From Escherichia coli (GTDB taxonomy: Bacteria > Pseudomonadota > Gammaproteobacteria > Enterobacterales > Enterobacteriaceae): a stretch of 64,000 bases of DNA. The translations under genes and the position numbers were made by a program. The notes beneath the pieces were generated by a model, which saw nothing but the letters and a program-made list of their open reading frames with translations, was not told the DNA's origin and did not search any database. Below, one piece after another: positions 38,622 to 53,790 of this stretch; within the stretch, counting starts at the first letter, position 1; every line of letters starts with the position of its first letter. Location of the stretch: the NCBI RefSeq assembly GCF_016026235.1, contig NZ_CP065613.1; one strand, given 5' to 3'.

Positions 38622-40055
38622 ATGCGATTTTCCAGATTTATCATCGGATTGACCAGCTGTATAGCGTTTAGTGTTCAGGCCGCAAATGTTGATGAGTACA
38701 TTACTCAACTCCCCGCTGGTGCCAACCTTGCCCTGATGGTGCAAAAAGTCGGCGCGTCGGCCCCCGCTATTGATTACCACAGTCAGCAGATGGCGCTGCC
38801 CGCCAGTACGCAGAAAGTGATTACTGCGCTGGCGGCGTTGATTCAACTCGGCCCCGATTTTCGTTTCACCACGACGCTTGAAACCAAAGGCAATGTGGAA
38901 AACGGCGTACTTAAGGGTGACTTAGTGGCGCGATTTGGTGCCGATCCGACGTTAAAACGTCAGGATATTCGCAATATGGTCGCGACTTTGAAAAAATCTG
39001 GCGTCAACCAAATTGATGGCAATGTGTTAATAGATACCTCCATTTTCGCCAGCCACGATAAAGCCCCCGGCTGGCCATGGAATGACATGACACAATGCTT
39101 TAGCGCTCCGCCTGCCGCCGCCATAGTTGACCGCAACTGTTTCTCCGTCTCGCTCTACAGTGCCCCAAAACCTGGTGATATGGCTTTTATACGCGTGGCA
39201 TCTTATTACCCCGTTACGATGTTCAGCCAGGTACGCACCCTCCCCCGTGGTTCTGCCGAAGCGCAATACTGCGAACTGGATGTCGTACCAGGCGACCTGA
39301 ACCGCTTTACGCTAACGGGATGCCTGCCGCAACGTTCTGAGCCGCTCCCGTTGGCTTTTGCCGTGCAGGATGGAGCCAGCTATGCCGGGGCAATTCTGAA
39401 AGATGAGTTAAAACAGGCAGGTATCACCTGGAGCGGAACACTGCTGCGCCAGACTCAGGTTAACGAACCTGGAACGGTAGTTGCCAGTAAACAGTCGGCC
39501 CCGTTGCACGATCTGCTTAAGATTATGCTGAAAAAGTCGGACAACATGATCGCCGATACGGTTTTCCGCATGATAGGCCATGCGCGCTTCAATGTGCCTG
39601 GAACATGGCGGGCCGGGTCGGACGCCGTGCGTCAGATCCTGCGCCAGCAAGCCGGTGTCGATATTGGAAACACCATTATTGCCGATGGTTCAGGGCTTTC
39701 GCGGCATAACCTGATTGCCCCCGCCACCATGATGCAGGTGCTGCAATACATTGCCCAACACGACAATGAACTTAACTTTATCTCCATGCTGCCGCTGGCG
39801 GGCTATGACGGCTCTTTGCAGTACCGTGCAGGTCTGCATCAGGCGGGCGTGGATGGAAAAGTCTCAGCGAAAACCGGTTCGTTGCAGGGGGTATATAACC
39901 TGGCGGGATTCATTACCACAGCGAGCGGGCAACGAATGGCGTTTGTACAATATCTTTCTGGCTATGCAGTAGAACCGGCGGATCAGCGTAATCGCCGTAT
40001 TCCGTTAGTGCGTTTTGAAAGCCGTTTGTATAAAGATATTTATCAGAACAATTAG
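38622..40055 (+). CDS. dacB: D-alanyl-D-alanine carboxypeptidase/endopeptidase PBP4
   Basis: 477 aa with signal peptide and the SxxK active-site motif (STQK). Confidence 0.95.
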   Translation: MRFSRFIIGLTSCIAFSVQAANVDEYITQLPAGANLALMVQKVGASAPAIDYHSQQMALPASTQKVITALAALIQLGPDFRFTTTLETKGNVENGVLKGDLVARFGADPTLKRQDIRNMVATLKKSGVNQIDGNVLIDTSIFASHDKAPGWPWNDMTQCFSAPPAAAIVDRNCFSVSLYSAPKPGDMAFIRVASYYPVTMFSQVRTLPRGSAEAQYCELDVVPGDLNRFTLTGCLPQRSEPLPLAFAVQDGASYAGAILKDELKQAGITWSGTLLRQTQVNEPGTVVASKQSAPLHDLLKIMLKKSDNMIADTVFRMIGHARFNVPGTWRAGSDAVRQILRQQAGVDIGNTIIADGSGLSRHNLIAPATMMQVLQYIAQHDNELNFISMLPLAGYDGSLQYRAGLHQAGVDGKVSAKTGSLQGVYNLAGFITTASGQRMAFVQYLSGYAVEPADQRNRRIPLVRFESRLYKDIYQNN

Positions 40056-40069
40056 TCAAAAAGAAACCC

Positions 40070-40082
40070 CGGCACATGGCCG
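40070..40082. repeat. IS4 target-site duplication, left copy
   Basis: cggcacatggccg, identical to 41508-41520. Confidence 0.85.
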
Positions 40083-40100
40083 TAATGCCAGTCAGTTAAG
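40083..40100. repeat. IS4 terminal inverted repeat, left
   Basis: taatgccagtcagttaag, 16 of 18 matches to the reverse complement of 41490-41507. Confidence 0.85.
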
Positions 40101-41423
40101 CAACTGACTGGCTCTTTTTCGGGGCTGTGGGGTATTTCCAGGGCCTCTCCTTTACCACTCTCGGGAAGGCCCTTCCCCTTCTCGTCGGTAATTTCACAAG
40201 TTGTCCCATACTTGCAAGATCGCGCATCAGCTCCGGTATACGTCCCGGTGAAGCGCCCTGCAATGTCATCAGCATTCTCATCACCATTCCGCATGATTCT
40301 GAGAAACTCAGTTGATTCGGCCAGTAACCTTTCAGATGTTCCGCCATTTTAATCATCTGATATCTCACCAGATTATAAGCCAGTAAGACACCCCACAGCT
40401 CTTGCTCCACAAGCTCCGGCTTTTTACTTCTCAGCGTCAGCCTGCTCAGTTGCATCGTCTGTTTTATCTCCCTGTATCCCAGTTCGATTTCCCAGCGATG
40501 ACTGTACAGATCCGCCATTTCTCCTCCGGGGAAGCGCATGGCGTCCGTCATCGACGTCAGCAGATGGCAGACTTTTCCTTTGCGCGTCACGGTCAGCAGG
40601 CGGGCTGTCACTTCATTTCCCAGTCCCGGCCACTTTTTTCGTGCCTGCGGGCTGGTTTTCAGCTTCACCAGATGATCGCCTTTACCCAGTTTTCTGAGCT
40701 CTTCATATTGCGCTCCCTTTCTGAGAGGTATCATCCAGTGGCGGTGTTCTCCCGCCAGGCTCCAGGCATTTAACAGTCCCAGTGAGTAATAACCTTTATC
40801 CATTAACGTCAGAGTGTTATCGCCGGTTTGTTCTATAAGTTGCTCAGCAAGCTCATTTTCGCTGTTCTTCATCGTGCCGAAGGCTGCAGCCGTCAGCAGA
40901 TGGCTGGTCAGTTCCATCTGGCAGACCATTTTGACCTGCGGGTAGAGCGCCGGGTTCCCGGCATGTGTCTGGCGGGGAAGGCTGCATCGTTCTCTGGTGT
41001 ATCCGGTGTGCGCCAGAACACACCATCGATGGCCAGCAGGGTCAGGCCGCACCAGTGCGGATGCGGCGTGGCGTTATGCCAGAGCTGCGCTGTTTTCGTG
41101 AACACGCGGCGGACAGCCTCACTTCCCAGGCGCTGGCGGGCCTGAATAACGGCACTGGGGGCAACGAAGGGGCGATTGCCCGGCAGCATGATGTCCAGGC
41201 GATTCACAATCTGGTGAAGAGGTTCTTTACGCTCAAGCGCCATGCCAACAATACACCAGACCATCATTTCGAGGGGAAGACGGCGCTTGCGTAGCGTTAC
41301 AGTACCTGATTCGGCAAGGCAACGAGAGATGAGTTCGGGGTCGAGGTAATCCCCCAGAGAAGTCAGTGGGTTACGCAGAGAATCGTAACGGGATACCAGA
41401 TCAAGAGCCTGTCCAATGTGCAT
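40096..41423 (-). pseudogene. insG: IS4 transposase interrupted by a -1 frameshift
   Basis: Two overlapping minus-strand ORFs (40908-41441 and 40096-41052) together encode 150 + 292 = 442 aa of one continuous transposase. The frame changes at a G4 run, 40974-40977. Confidence 0.8.
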
Positions 41424-41489
41424 AAAAAAATCCGGAAACAAGTGAGCGTTTCCGGATTCTTACACAGCCACTGGATCGGTCAACTGATC

Positions 41490-41507
41490 CTTAACTGATC
41501 GGCATTA
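41490..41507. repeat. IS4 terminal inverted repeat, right
   Basis: cttaactgatcggcatta. Confidence 0.85.
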
Positions 41508-41520
41508 CGGCACATGGCCG
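41508..41520. repeat. IS4 target-site duplication, right copy
   Basis: cggcacatggccg. Confidence 0.85.
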
Positions 41521-41532
41521 GGGTTTTGCTGA

Positions 41533-42720
<1,188 letters not shown>

Positions 42721-43686
42721 TCATTCGCCTGCGCGGGGTTGCGATACCACCGTTGTATGCTTACGTAATCCGCCCCAAATACGATGACCAATGGCGGAAT
42801 ACATCGCGCCCGCAACCACGACAAACGCACCGAGATAACCTAAAAGGTTTAACATCGGTCTGGCGAAGAAATCGGGCCAGGCCAGTGATAAAAGATCTGA
42901 AAAAAACAGCGTAAACAGTGGGGTGAGCGTGATGATCGCGCTCACCTGCGCTGCCTGCCAGCGAGCCATCGCTTCCGCCAGGGCGCCATATCCTACCAAG
43001 GTATTCAGTCCGCAAAAAATTAAACATGCGAGCTGCCAGTGGCTAAGCTGCGCTATCACTCCAGGCTTTGCCAGAGGGAAGAGCGCAATTGTACATAAAG
43101 TGTACAGTAAAAACAGGATCTGCGGTGAGGCCAGCCGACGCAATAAAACCTTTTGCGCCACGCCATAACTCACCCAAACCGTCGCCGCACCGACCCCAAA
43201 GATAACTCCCCAGGTGTAATCGGTGAGCTTTGTAAATATCTCGACCAGACTGGTGTTAAAAAACATCACCAGGCCGCTCAGGAGCATCAATGCCCCTACA
43301 ACCTGAGTGCTGCGCATTTTCTCTTTCAGGATAAATACGCTGGCAACCATCATGCCAACTGGCGAGAGTTGCCCAATCACCTGCGAAGCGGTCGGACTCA
43401 GGTATTGCAAGGATGAGCTGAACAGGATGAAGTTCCCAAACAGCCCGGCGGTCGCCACTGCCAACAAAATCAACCAGCGTGGCTTACGAAACACGCGTAA
43501 TGGCGGCAACCTCTTCTTCACCGCAAGAATGGCACCCAGGCCAATACTCGCCATCAAGAAACGGTAAAACACGATTGTCGGAGGTTCCATCACCTCCAGC
43601 ACCTGCTTCATTGCGATTGGCAACGCCCCCCAGCAAATTGCTGTGGTGAGCGCCAAAAGAATGCCAATGCCTGCCTGCTGCTTCAT
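42721..43686 (-). CDS. yhbE: EamA/DMT family inner-membrane transporter
   Basis: 321 aa polytopic hydrophobic protein. Confidence 0.9.
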   Translation of the reverse strand: MKQQAGIGILLALTTAICWGALPIAMKQVLEVMEPPTIVFYRFLMASIGLGAILAVKKRLPPLRVFRKPRWLILLAVATAGLFGNFILFSSSLQYLSPTASQVIGQLSPVGMMVASVFILKEKMRSTQVVGALMLLSGLVMFFNTSLVEIFTKLTDYTWGVIFGVGAATVWVSYGVAQKVLLRRLASPQILFLLYTLCTIALFPLAKPGVIAQLSHWQLACLIFCGLNTLVGYGALAEAMARWQAAQVSAIITLTPLFTLFFSDLLSLAWPDFFARPMLNLLGYLGAFVVVAGAMYSAIGHRIWGGLRKHTTVVSQPRAGE

Positions 43687-43754
43687 ACCGTATTCCCTGC
43701 AAAGCGCATTTGCGGATTAACGTCGCACCATGCGCATTTTTACCGGTTATCGAA

Positions 43755-43787
43755 TGTAAAAAGCCCCGCAACGTGTTGCGGGGCTTT
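43755..43787 (-). terminator. rplU-rpmA operon terminator
   Basis: Hairpin agccccgcaac/gttgcggggct followed on the minus strand by a T-run. Confidence 0.6.
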
Positions 43788-43812
43788 CATCCGTTACCGG
43801 GACGCGAAAAAC

Positions 43813-44438
<626 letters not shown>

Positions 44439-44660
44439 TCAGAGTGCGCTATAAATATTCACAATAGGGCGCGAATATTACGCAAAACGCACGCCTTTGA
44501 CAAGTGCTACAGTCAATACACGAAGAAAAAAAACACAACTTGTACGGTAACGTTTATCTGTGCCATTTTTTCAGTACAATCACCCTATATTCCTAACCAT
44601 AAACCCTAAGTTGCCTTTGTTCACAGTAAGGTAATCGGGGCGAAAAGCCCGGCTTTTGCG

Positions 44661-45632
44661 ATGAATTTAGAAAAAATCAATGAGTTAACCGCGCAAGATA
44701 TGGCGGGTGTTAATGCGGCAATCCTTGAGCAGCTTAATTCCGACGTCCAACTGATCAATCAGTTAGGCTATTACATCGTCAGCGGCGGCGGTAAACGTAT
44801 TCGTCCGATGATTGCTGTACTGGCTTCACGAGCTGTTGGCTATGAGGGAAATGCGCATGTCACCATTGCTGCCCTGATCGAGTTTATCCACACGGCGACT
44901 CTGCTACACGACGACGTTGTGGATGAATCAGATATGCGCAGGGGTAAAGCTACCGCCAACGCTGCATTTGGCAATGCCGCCAGCGTGCTGGTAGGCGATT
45001 TTATTTATACCCGCGCGTTCCAGATGATGACCAGCCTCGGTTCGCTCAAAGTGCTGGAAGTCATGTCAGAAGCCGTAAACGTCATCGCAGAAGGTGAAGT
45101 TCTGCAACTGATGAACGTTAACGATCCGGACATCACTGAAGAAAACTACATGCGCGTTATCTATAGCAAAACCGCGCGTCTGTTTGAGGCTGCCGCGCAG
45201 TGTTCCGGGATTCTGGCTGGCTGTACGCCGGAGGAGGAGAAAGGCCTGCAGGATTATGGGCGCTATCTCGGCACTGCTTTCCAGTTGATCGACGATTTAC
45301 TCGATTACAATGCCGATGACGAACAGTTAGGTAAAAATGTCGGCGACGATCTGAACGAAGGTAAACCGACGCTGCCGCTGCTGCACGCGATGCATCATGG
45401 CACACCAGAACAGGCACAGATGATCCGTACCGCCATCGAACAGGGTAACGGTCGCCATCTTCTGGAACCGGTTCTGGAAGCAATGAACGCTTGTGGATCT
45501 CTTGAATGGACGCGTCAGCGTGCCGAGGAAGAAGCAGACAAAGCCATCGCAGCGTTACAGGTGCTCCCGGACACCCCTTGGCGAGAAGCACTCATCGGCC
45601 TCGCGCACATCGCTGTTCAACGCGATCGTTAA
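44661..45632 (+). CDS. ispB: Octaprenyl diphosphate synthase
   Basis: 323 aa with two Asp-rich motifs (DDVVDES and DDLLDY). Confidence 0.95.
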   Translation: MNLEKINELTAQDMAGVNAAILEQLNSDVQLINQLGYYIVSGGGKRIRPMIAVLASRAVGYEGNAHVTIAALIEFIHTATLLHDDVVDESDMRRGKATANAAFGNAASVLVGDFIYTRAFQMMTSLGSLKVLEVMSEAVNVIAEGEVLQLMNVNDPDITEENYMRVIYSKTARLFEAAAQCSGILAGCTPEEEKGLQDYGRYLGTAFQLIDDLLDYNADDEQLGKNVGDDLNEGKPTLPLLHAMHHGTPEQAQMIRTAIEQGNGRHLLEPVLEAMNACGSLEWTRQRAEEEADKAIAALQVLPDTPWREALIGLAHIAVQRDR

Positions 45633-45859
45633 TCCCCTCCCCTCATCCCGCGCAGCGCGCGGGATGGTTCCAGTAAATTCCATAAAAACACTTATTCAGC
45701 TCTATAACACCCGAAAAACAGGGCTGTGCATCTTTATATATTCTGAATATTCACACTCTTTACAGGAACTTTTTAGAGCAATAGGCCATCAGGAGTATAG
45801 TGATGCTCGACAGAAGAAGTGTTCTGAATGAAAGCGACTAACTTAAGGAGTGAGGAAAG

Positions 45860-46138
45860 ATGGAAAGTAATTTCATTGACTGGCATCCCGCTGACATCAT
45901 TGCGGGTTTGCGCAAGAAGGGAACGTCAATGGCGGCGGAGTCTCGCAGAAATGGTTTGAGTTCCTCAACGCTGGCGAATGCATTATCGCGCCCATGGCCG
46001 AAAGGAGAGATGATTATTGCGAAAGCCCTGGGAACTGACCCCTGGGTTATCTGGCCATCACGCTACCATGATCCGCAGACCCATGAGTTTATCGACAGAA
46101 CGCAGTTGATGCGTAGCTACACTAAACCGAAAAAATGA
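45860..46138 (+). CDS. sfsB: Ner-like DNA-binding regulator (sugar fermentation stimulation protein B)
   Basis: 92 aa, MESNFIDWHPADIIAGLRKKGTSMAAESRRNGLSSSTLANAL. Confidence 0.9.
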   Translation: MESNFIDWHPADIIAGLRKKGTSMAAESRRNGLSSSTLANALSRPWPKGEMIIAKALGTDPWVIWPSRYHDPQTHEFIDRTQLMRSYTKPKK

Positions 46139-46185
46139 GTGGTCTGGCGGTAGCCCCGCGAACGGGGCTGCCAGCTCTCAGACGA

Positions 46186-47445
<1,260 letters not shown>

Positions 47446-47499
47446 TTAGTTTGTTCTCAGTTAACAATTCATATCCGCTACCGGCGAATCGCCCATAGC

Positions 47500-47754
47500 T
47501 CAAAAGCCGTTCAGTTTGCGATCGCGCGCCCACTCCGCAGGGGTATACGCTTTGATCGACACAGCATGAATGCGGTTATCCGCAATATATTCCATCAGCG
47601 GGCCATAGACCGTCTGCTGTTTTTTAACCCGACTCATGCCGTCAAACAACTCACCCACGGCAATAACCTGAAAGTGGCTGCCATCGCCGGAAACGTGGAC
47701 TTCCTGGAGGGAGAGAGCGTTCATCAACACGCTCTGAATTTCATTATTTTCCAT
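47500..47754 (-). CDS. ibaG: BolA-family acid-stress protein
   Basis: 84 aa from [14 protein letters not shown]. Confidence 0.85.
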
Positions 47755-47872
47755 GGGATCTTCAATCATCAGTTAATAAACCAGCGAAACATCTTAGAGC
47801 AAAGTTGCGCTGGCATAAATAAGCAAAAAGCCTCGCTGATAAATCAGACAAGGCTCGACTTGCAGGCAGGTT

Positions 47873-47905
47873 TGCCGGACAGGCGGTTAACGCCATATCC
47901 GGCCT
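47873..47905. repeat. REP-like element
   Basis: tgccggacaggcggttaacgccatatccggcct between ibaG and mlaB. Confidence 0.4.
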
Positions 47906-47913
47906 GAAAAAAT

Positions 47914-48206
47914 TTAACGAGGCAGAACATCAGCAGGCAAATTATACAATTTCGCCAGGGTATACACTTTGTCGTTTACCCCCTGAAGCGTCACATTGTT
48001 GCCCTGCTTTTTCGCCAGATCGATAAGATGGAGCAGCAGTGCCAGTCCCCCCGTATCCACGCGGGACACACGGCTAAGATCGATGCAGGTAATCCCCTTC
48101 ACCGCTTCCTCACGCATTTCCCAAAGCGGTAGCAGAACGTCCTGATCCAACTCTCCGGATAACGCCAGCGTGTCACCCGTCTGCATCCAGCTCAGTGACT
48201 CGCTCA

Positions 48207-48207
<1 letters not shown>
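47914..48207 (-). CDS. mlaB: STAS-domain component of the Mla phospholipid transport system
   Basis: 97 aa from MSESLSWMQTGDTLALSGELD; its ATG overlaps the mlaC stop (ATGA). Confidence 0.85.
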
Positions 48208-48860
<653 letters not shown>

Positions 48861-49412
48861 TTATTTCGTTGTACCCACAGGTTCAGTGGTTTCATTATTA
48901 CCTGGCGCAGCAGCTGGCGCATCGCCACTATTCTTATTGTCATCGCCTTTACTACCGTAAAGGAACTGACCAATGAGATCTTCCAGCACCATCGCAGACT
49001 TGGTGTCCTGAATTGTATCGCCATCCTTCAGGATAGCAGTCCCCAGTTCCGGGTCTTCAAAACCGACGTTTAATGCCAGATATTGTTCTCCCAGCAGGCC
49101 GGAAGTACGAATGCTCAGCGAACTGGTATCAGGAATGTGGTTATAACGTTGTTCAATTTCCAGCGTTACGCGTGGCAGATAGGTTTTCGGGTCCAGCGTA
49201 ATATCCGCCACCCGGCCCACAACAACGCCACCAATACTGACCGGAGAGCGCGCTTTCAGGCCGCCAATGTTATCGAACGTCGCATAAAGCGTGTAGGTCG
49301 GTTCAGTACGTATGGACGTCACGTTCGCCGCCTTCAGGCAAACAAACAGCGCCGCCAGTAGTGCTGCTAATAAAAAGATACCCACCCAAATTTCATTTTT
49401 TTTCGTTTGCAT
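48861..49412 (-). CDS. mlaD: MCE-domain protein MlaD
   Basis: 183 aa from MQTKKNEIWVGIFLLAALLAALFV. Confidence 0.9.
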   Translation of the reverse strand: MQTKKNEIWVGIFLLAALLAALFVCLKAANVTSIRTEPTYTLYATFDNIGGLKARSPVSIGGVVVGRVADITLDPKTYLPRVTLEIEQRYNHIPDTSSLSIRTSGLLGEQYLALNVGFEDPELGTAILKDGDTIQDTKSAMVLEDLIGQFLYGSKGDDNKNSGDAPAAAPGNNETTEPVGTTK

Positions 49413-49416
49413 GAAC

Positions 49417-51016
<1,600 letters not shown>

Positions 51017-51225
51017 AATTCACCCTTCGTCTTGCGTTGATTTTCTAAGCATGGCGCTCAATTTAACCTTGAACCCAACATATTTACAGAATATTACCCG
51101 CCGTGGTTAGCGAAAGCTGGCATTTGTTTTACTTTTTAGCCGCATAAAGTCAAAATTAAGAATCCGTTACGGCTTTCTGAAAATCTTCAGCGGACCGGCG
51201 AGTATACCTGAAGAAAGGACGTTAG

Positions 51226-52203
51226 ATGCTTTTAGCTACGGCACTGTTAATTGTTGGTTTACTTTTGATCGTTTACAGTGCCGACCGCCTGGTTTTTGCC
51301 GCGTCTATTCTTTGCCGAACCTTTGGCATCCCGCCGCTGATCATCGGCATGACGGTGGTCAGTATTGGTACATCGTTACCAGAAATCATCGTCTCGCTTG
51401 CCGCGTCTCTGCACGAACAACGCGATTTAGCCGTTGGTACAGCCCTCGGCTCAAACATTATCAATATATTGCTGATCCTCGGTCTGGCTGCGCTGGTTCG
51501 TCCTTTTACCGTCCATTCTGATGTTCTACGCCGTGAATTACCCTTAATGTTGTTGGTCAGCGTGGTGGCCGGTTCCGTACTCTATGACGGACAACTTAGT
51601 CGCAGCGATGGTATCTTTCTCCTCTTTCTGGCTGTGCTATGGCTGCTGTTCATTGTTAAACTTGCACGTCAGGCTGAACGTCAGGGGACTGACAGCCTGA
51701 CCAGAGAGCAGCTTGCAGAGCTGCCGCGTGACGGCGGATTGCCCGTCGCGTTTTTATGGCTCGGCATTGCGCTTATCATCATGCCAGTGGCCACCCGGAT
51801 GGTGGTTGATAACGCCACGGTGCTGGCGAATTACTTTGCCATCAGCGAGTTGACGATGGGTCTGACGGCAATTGCTATCGGAACCAGCCTGCCGGAACTG
51901 GCAACCGCAATAGCGGGGGTTCGCAAAGGTGAAAACGACATTGCTGTCGGAAATATCATTGGCGCAAACATTTTTAATATTGTCATCGTGTTGGGTTTAC
52001 CCGCGCTGATAACGCCAGGAGAGATTGATCCACTGGCGTACAGTCGTGACTACAGCGTGATGTTGCTGGTGAGCATTATTTTTGCGTTGCTGTGCTGGCG
52101 GCGCTCCCCACAACCGGGCCGTGGTGTAGGGGTATTATTAACTGGCGGATTTATCGTATGGCTGGCGATGTTGTACTGGTTATCGCCAATACTCGTTGAA
52201 TAA
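51226..52203 (+). CDS. yrbG: CaCA-family cation antiporter-like inner-membrane protein
   Basis: 325 aa with two alpha-repeat motifs (GTSLPE). Confidence 0.9.
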   Translation: MLLATALLIVGLLLIVYSADRLVFAASILCRTFGIPPLIIGMTVVSIGTSLPEIIVSLAASLHEQRDLAVGTALGSNIINILLILGLAALVRPFTVHSDVLRRELPLMLLVSVVAGSVLYDGQLSRSDGIFLLFLAVLWLLFIVKLARQAERQGTDSLTREQLAELPRDGGLPVAFLWLGIALIIMPVATRMVVDNATVLANYFAISELTMGLTAIAIGTSLPELATAIAGVRKGENDIAVGNIIGANIFNIVIVLGLPALITPGEIDPLAYSRDYSVMLLVSIIFALLCWRRSPQPGRGVGVLLTGGFIVWLAMLYWLSPILVE

Positions 52204-52216
52204 CTGGAAACGCATT

Positions 52217-53203
52217 ATGTCGCACGTAGAGTTACAACCGGGTTTTGACTTTCAGCAAGCAGGTAAAGAAGTCCTGGCGATTGAACGTGAATGCCTGGCG
52301 GAGCTTGATCAATACATCAATCAGAATTTCACGCTTGCCTGTGAAAAGATGTTCTGGTGTAAAGGGAAAGTTGTCGTCATGGGGATGGGGAAATCGGGGC
52401 ACATCGGGCGCAAAATGGCCGCAACGTTTGCCAGCACCGGTACACCTTCATTTTTCGTCCATCCTGGTGAAGCCGCGCATGGTGATTTAGGCATGGTCAC
52501 CCCACAGGATGTGGTGATTGCTATCTCTAACTCAGGTGAATCCAGCGAAATCACTGCCTTAATTCCAGTGCTTAAGCGTCTTCACGTACCGTTAATCTGC
52601 ATCACCGGTCGCCCGGAGAGCAGCATGGCGCGCGCCGCAGATGTGCATCTGTGTGTTAAAGTAGCGAAAGAAGCCTGTCCGTTAGGGCTGGCACCGACCA
52701 GCAGCACCACCGCCACGCTGGTAATGGGCGATGCCCTCGCTGTCGCGCTGTTAAAAGCACGCAGCTTTACTGCTGAAGATTTTGCGCTCTCACACCCAGG
52801 CGGCGCACTGGGTCGTAAACTTCTGCTGCGCGTAAACGATATTATGCATACGGGCGATGAGATCCCGCATGTTAAGAAAACGGCCAGTCTGCGTGACGCG
52901 TTACTGGAAGTTACCCGCAAAAATCTTGGTATGACTGTCATTTGCGATGACAATATGATGATTGAAGGCATCTTTACCGACGGTGATTTACGCCGTGTCT
53001 TCGATATGGGCGTGGATGTTCGTCAGTTAAGTATTGCCGATGTGATGACGCCGGGGGGAATACGCGTGCGCCCTGGCATTCTGGCCGTTGAGGCACTGAA
53101 CTTAATGCAGTCCCGCCATATCACCTCCGTGATGGTTGCCGATGGCGACCATTTACTCGGTGTGTTACATATGCATGATTTACTGCGTGCAGGCGTAGTG
53201 TAA
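52217..53203 (+). CDS. kdsD: D-arabinose 5-phosphate isomerase
   Basis: 328 aa from MSHVELQPGFDF; SIS domain plus tandem CBS domains. Confidence 0.9.
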   Translation: MSHVELQPGFDFQQAGKEVLAIERECLAELDQYINQNFTLACEKMFWCKGKVVVMGMGKSGHIGRKMAATFASTGTPSFFVHPGEAAHGDLGMVTPQDVVIAISNSGESSEITALIPVLKRLHVPLICITGRPESSMARAADVHLCVKVAKEACPLGLAPTSSTTATLVMGDALAVALLKARSFTAEDFALSHPGGALGRKLLLRVNDIMHTGDEIPHVKKTASLRDALLEVTRKNLGMTVICDDNMMIEGIFTDGDLRRVFDMGVDVRQLSIADVMTPGGIRVRPGILAVEALNLMQSRHITSVMVADGDHLLGVLHMHDLLRAGVV

Positions 53204-53223
53204 AGATTCAAGGATAAACAACA

Positions 53224-53790
53224 ATGAGCAAAGCAGGTGCGTCGCTTGCGACCTGTTACGGCCCTGTCAGCGCCGACGTTATAGCAAAAGCAGAGAACAT
53301 TCGTCTGCTGATCCTCGATGTCGATGGCGTACTGTCAGATGGCCTGATTTATATGGGCAATAATGGCGAAGAGCTGAAAGCGTTCAATGTTCGTGACGGT
53401 TATGGCATTCGTTGTGCGCTCACCTCTGATATTGAAGTCGCTATCATTACTGGGCGAAAGGCTAAACTGGTAGAAGATCGTTGTGCCACATTGGGGATCA
53501 CTCACTTGTATCAGGGGCAGTCAAACAAACTGATCGCCTTTAGCGATCTGCTGGAAAAACTGGCGATTGCCCCGGAAAATGTGGCTTATGTCGGCGATGA
53601 TCTCATCGACTGGCCGGTAATGGAAAAAGTGGGTTTAAGCGTCGCCGTGGCCGATGCGCATCCACTGTTGATCCCGCGCGCCGATTACGTGACGCGCATT
53701 GCTGGCGGTCGTGGCGCAGTGCGCGAAGTTTGCGACTTATTACTCCTGGCGCGGGGCAAACTGGATGAAGCCAAAGGGCAATCGATATGA
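53224..53790 (+). CDS. kdsC: KDO 8-phosphate phosphatase
   Basis: 188 aa; HAD motif LLILDVDGVLSDG. Confidence 0.95.
   Translation: MSKAGASLATCYGPVSADVIAKAENIRLLILDVDGVLSDGLIYMGNNGEELKAFNVRDGYGIRCALTSDIEVAIITGRKAKLVEDRCATLGITHLYQGQSNKLIAFSDLLEKLAIAPENVAYVGDDLIDWPVMEKVGLSVAVADAHPLLIPRADYVTRIAGGRGAVREVCDLLLLARGKLDEAKGQSI

Larger units (their letters stand above)
40083..41507 (-). mobile_element. IS4 insertion sequence (1425 bp)
   Basis: 18-bp imperfect terminal inverted repeats beginning TAATGCC, 13-bp direct target duplications, and an IS4 (DDE, InsG-type) transposase on the minus strand. Confidence 0.9.

Noticed and set aside
40096-41441. Two separate genes, 318 aa and 177 aa.
   Set aside because: They join into a single 442-aa IS4 transposase across a 1-nt frameshift, so they are annotated as one disrupted transposase, not two proteins.
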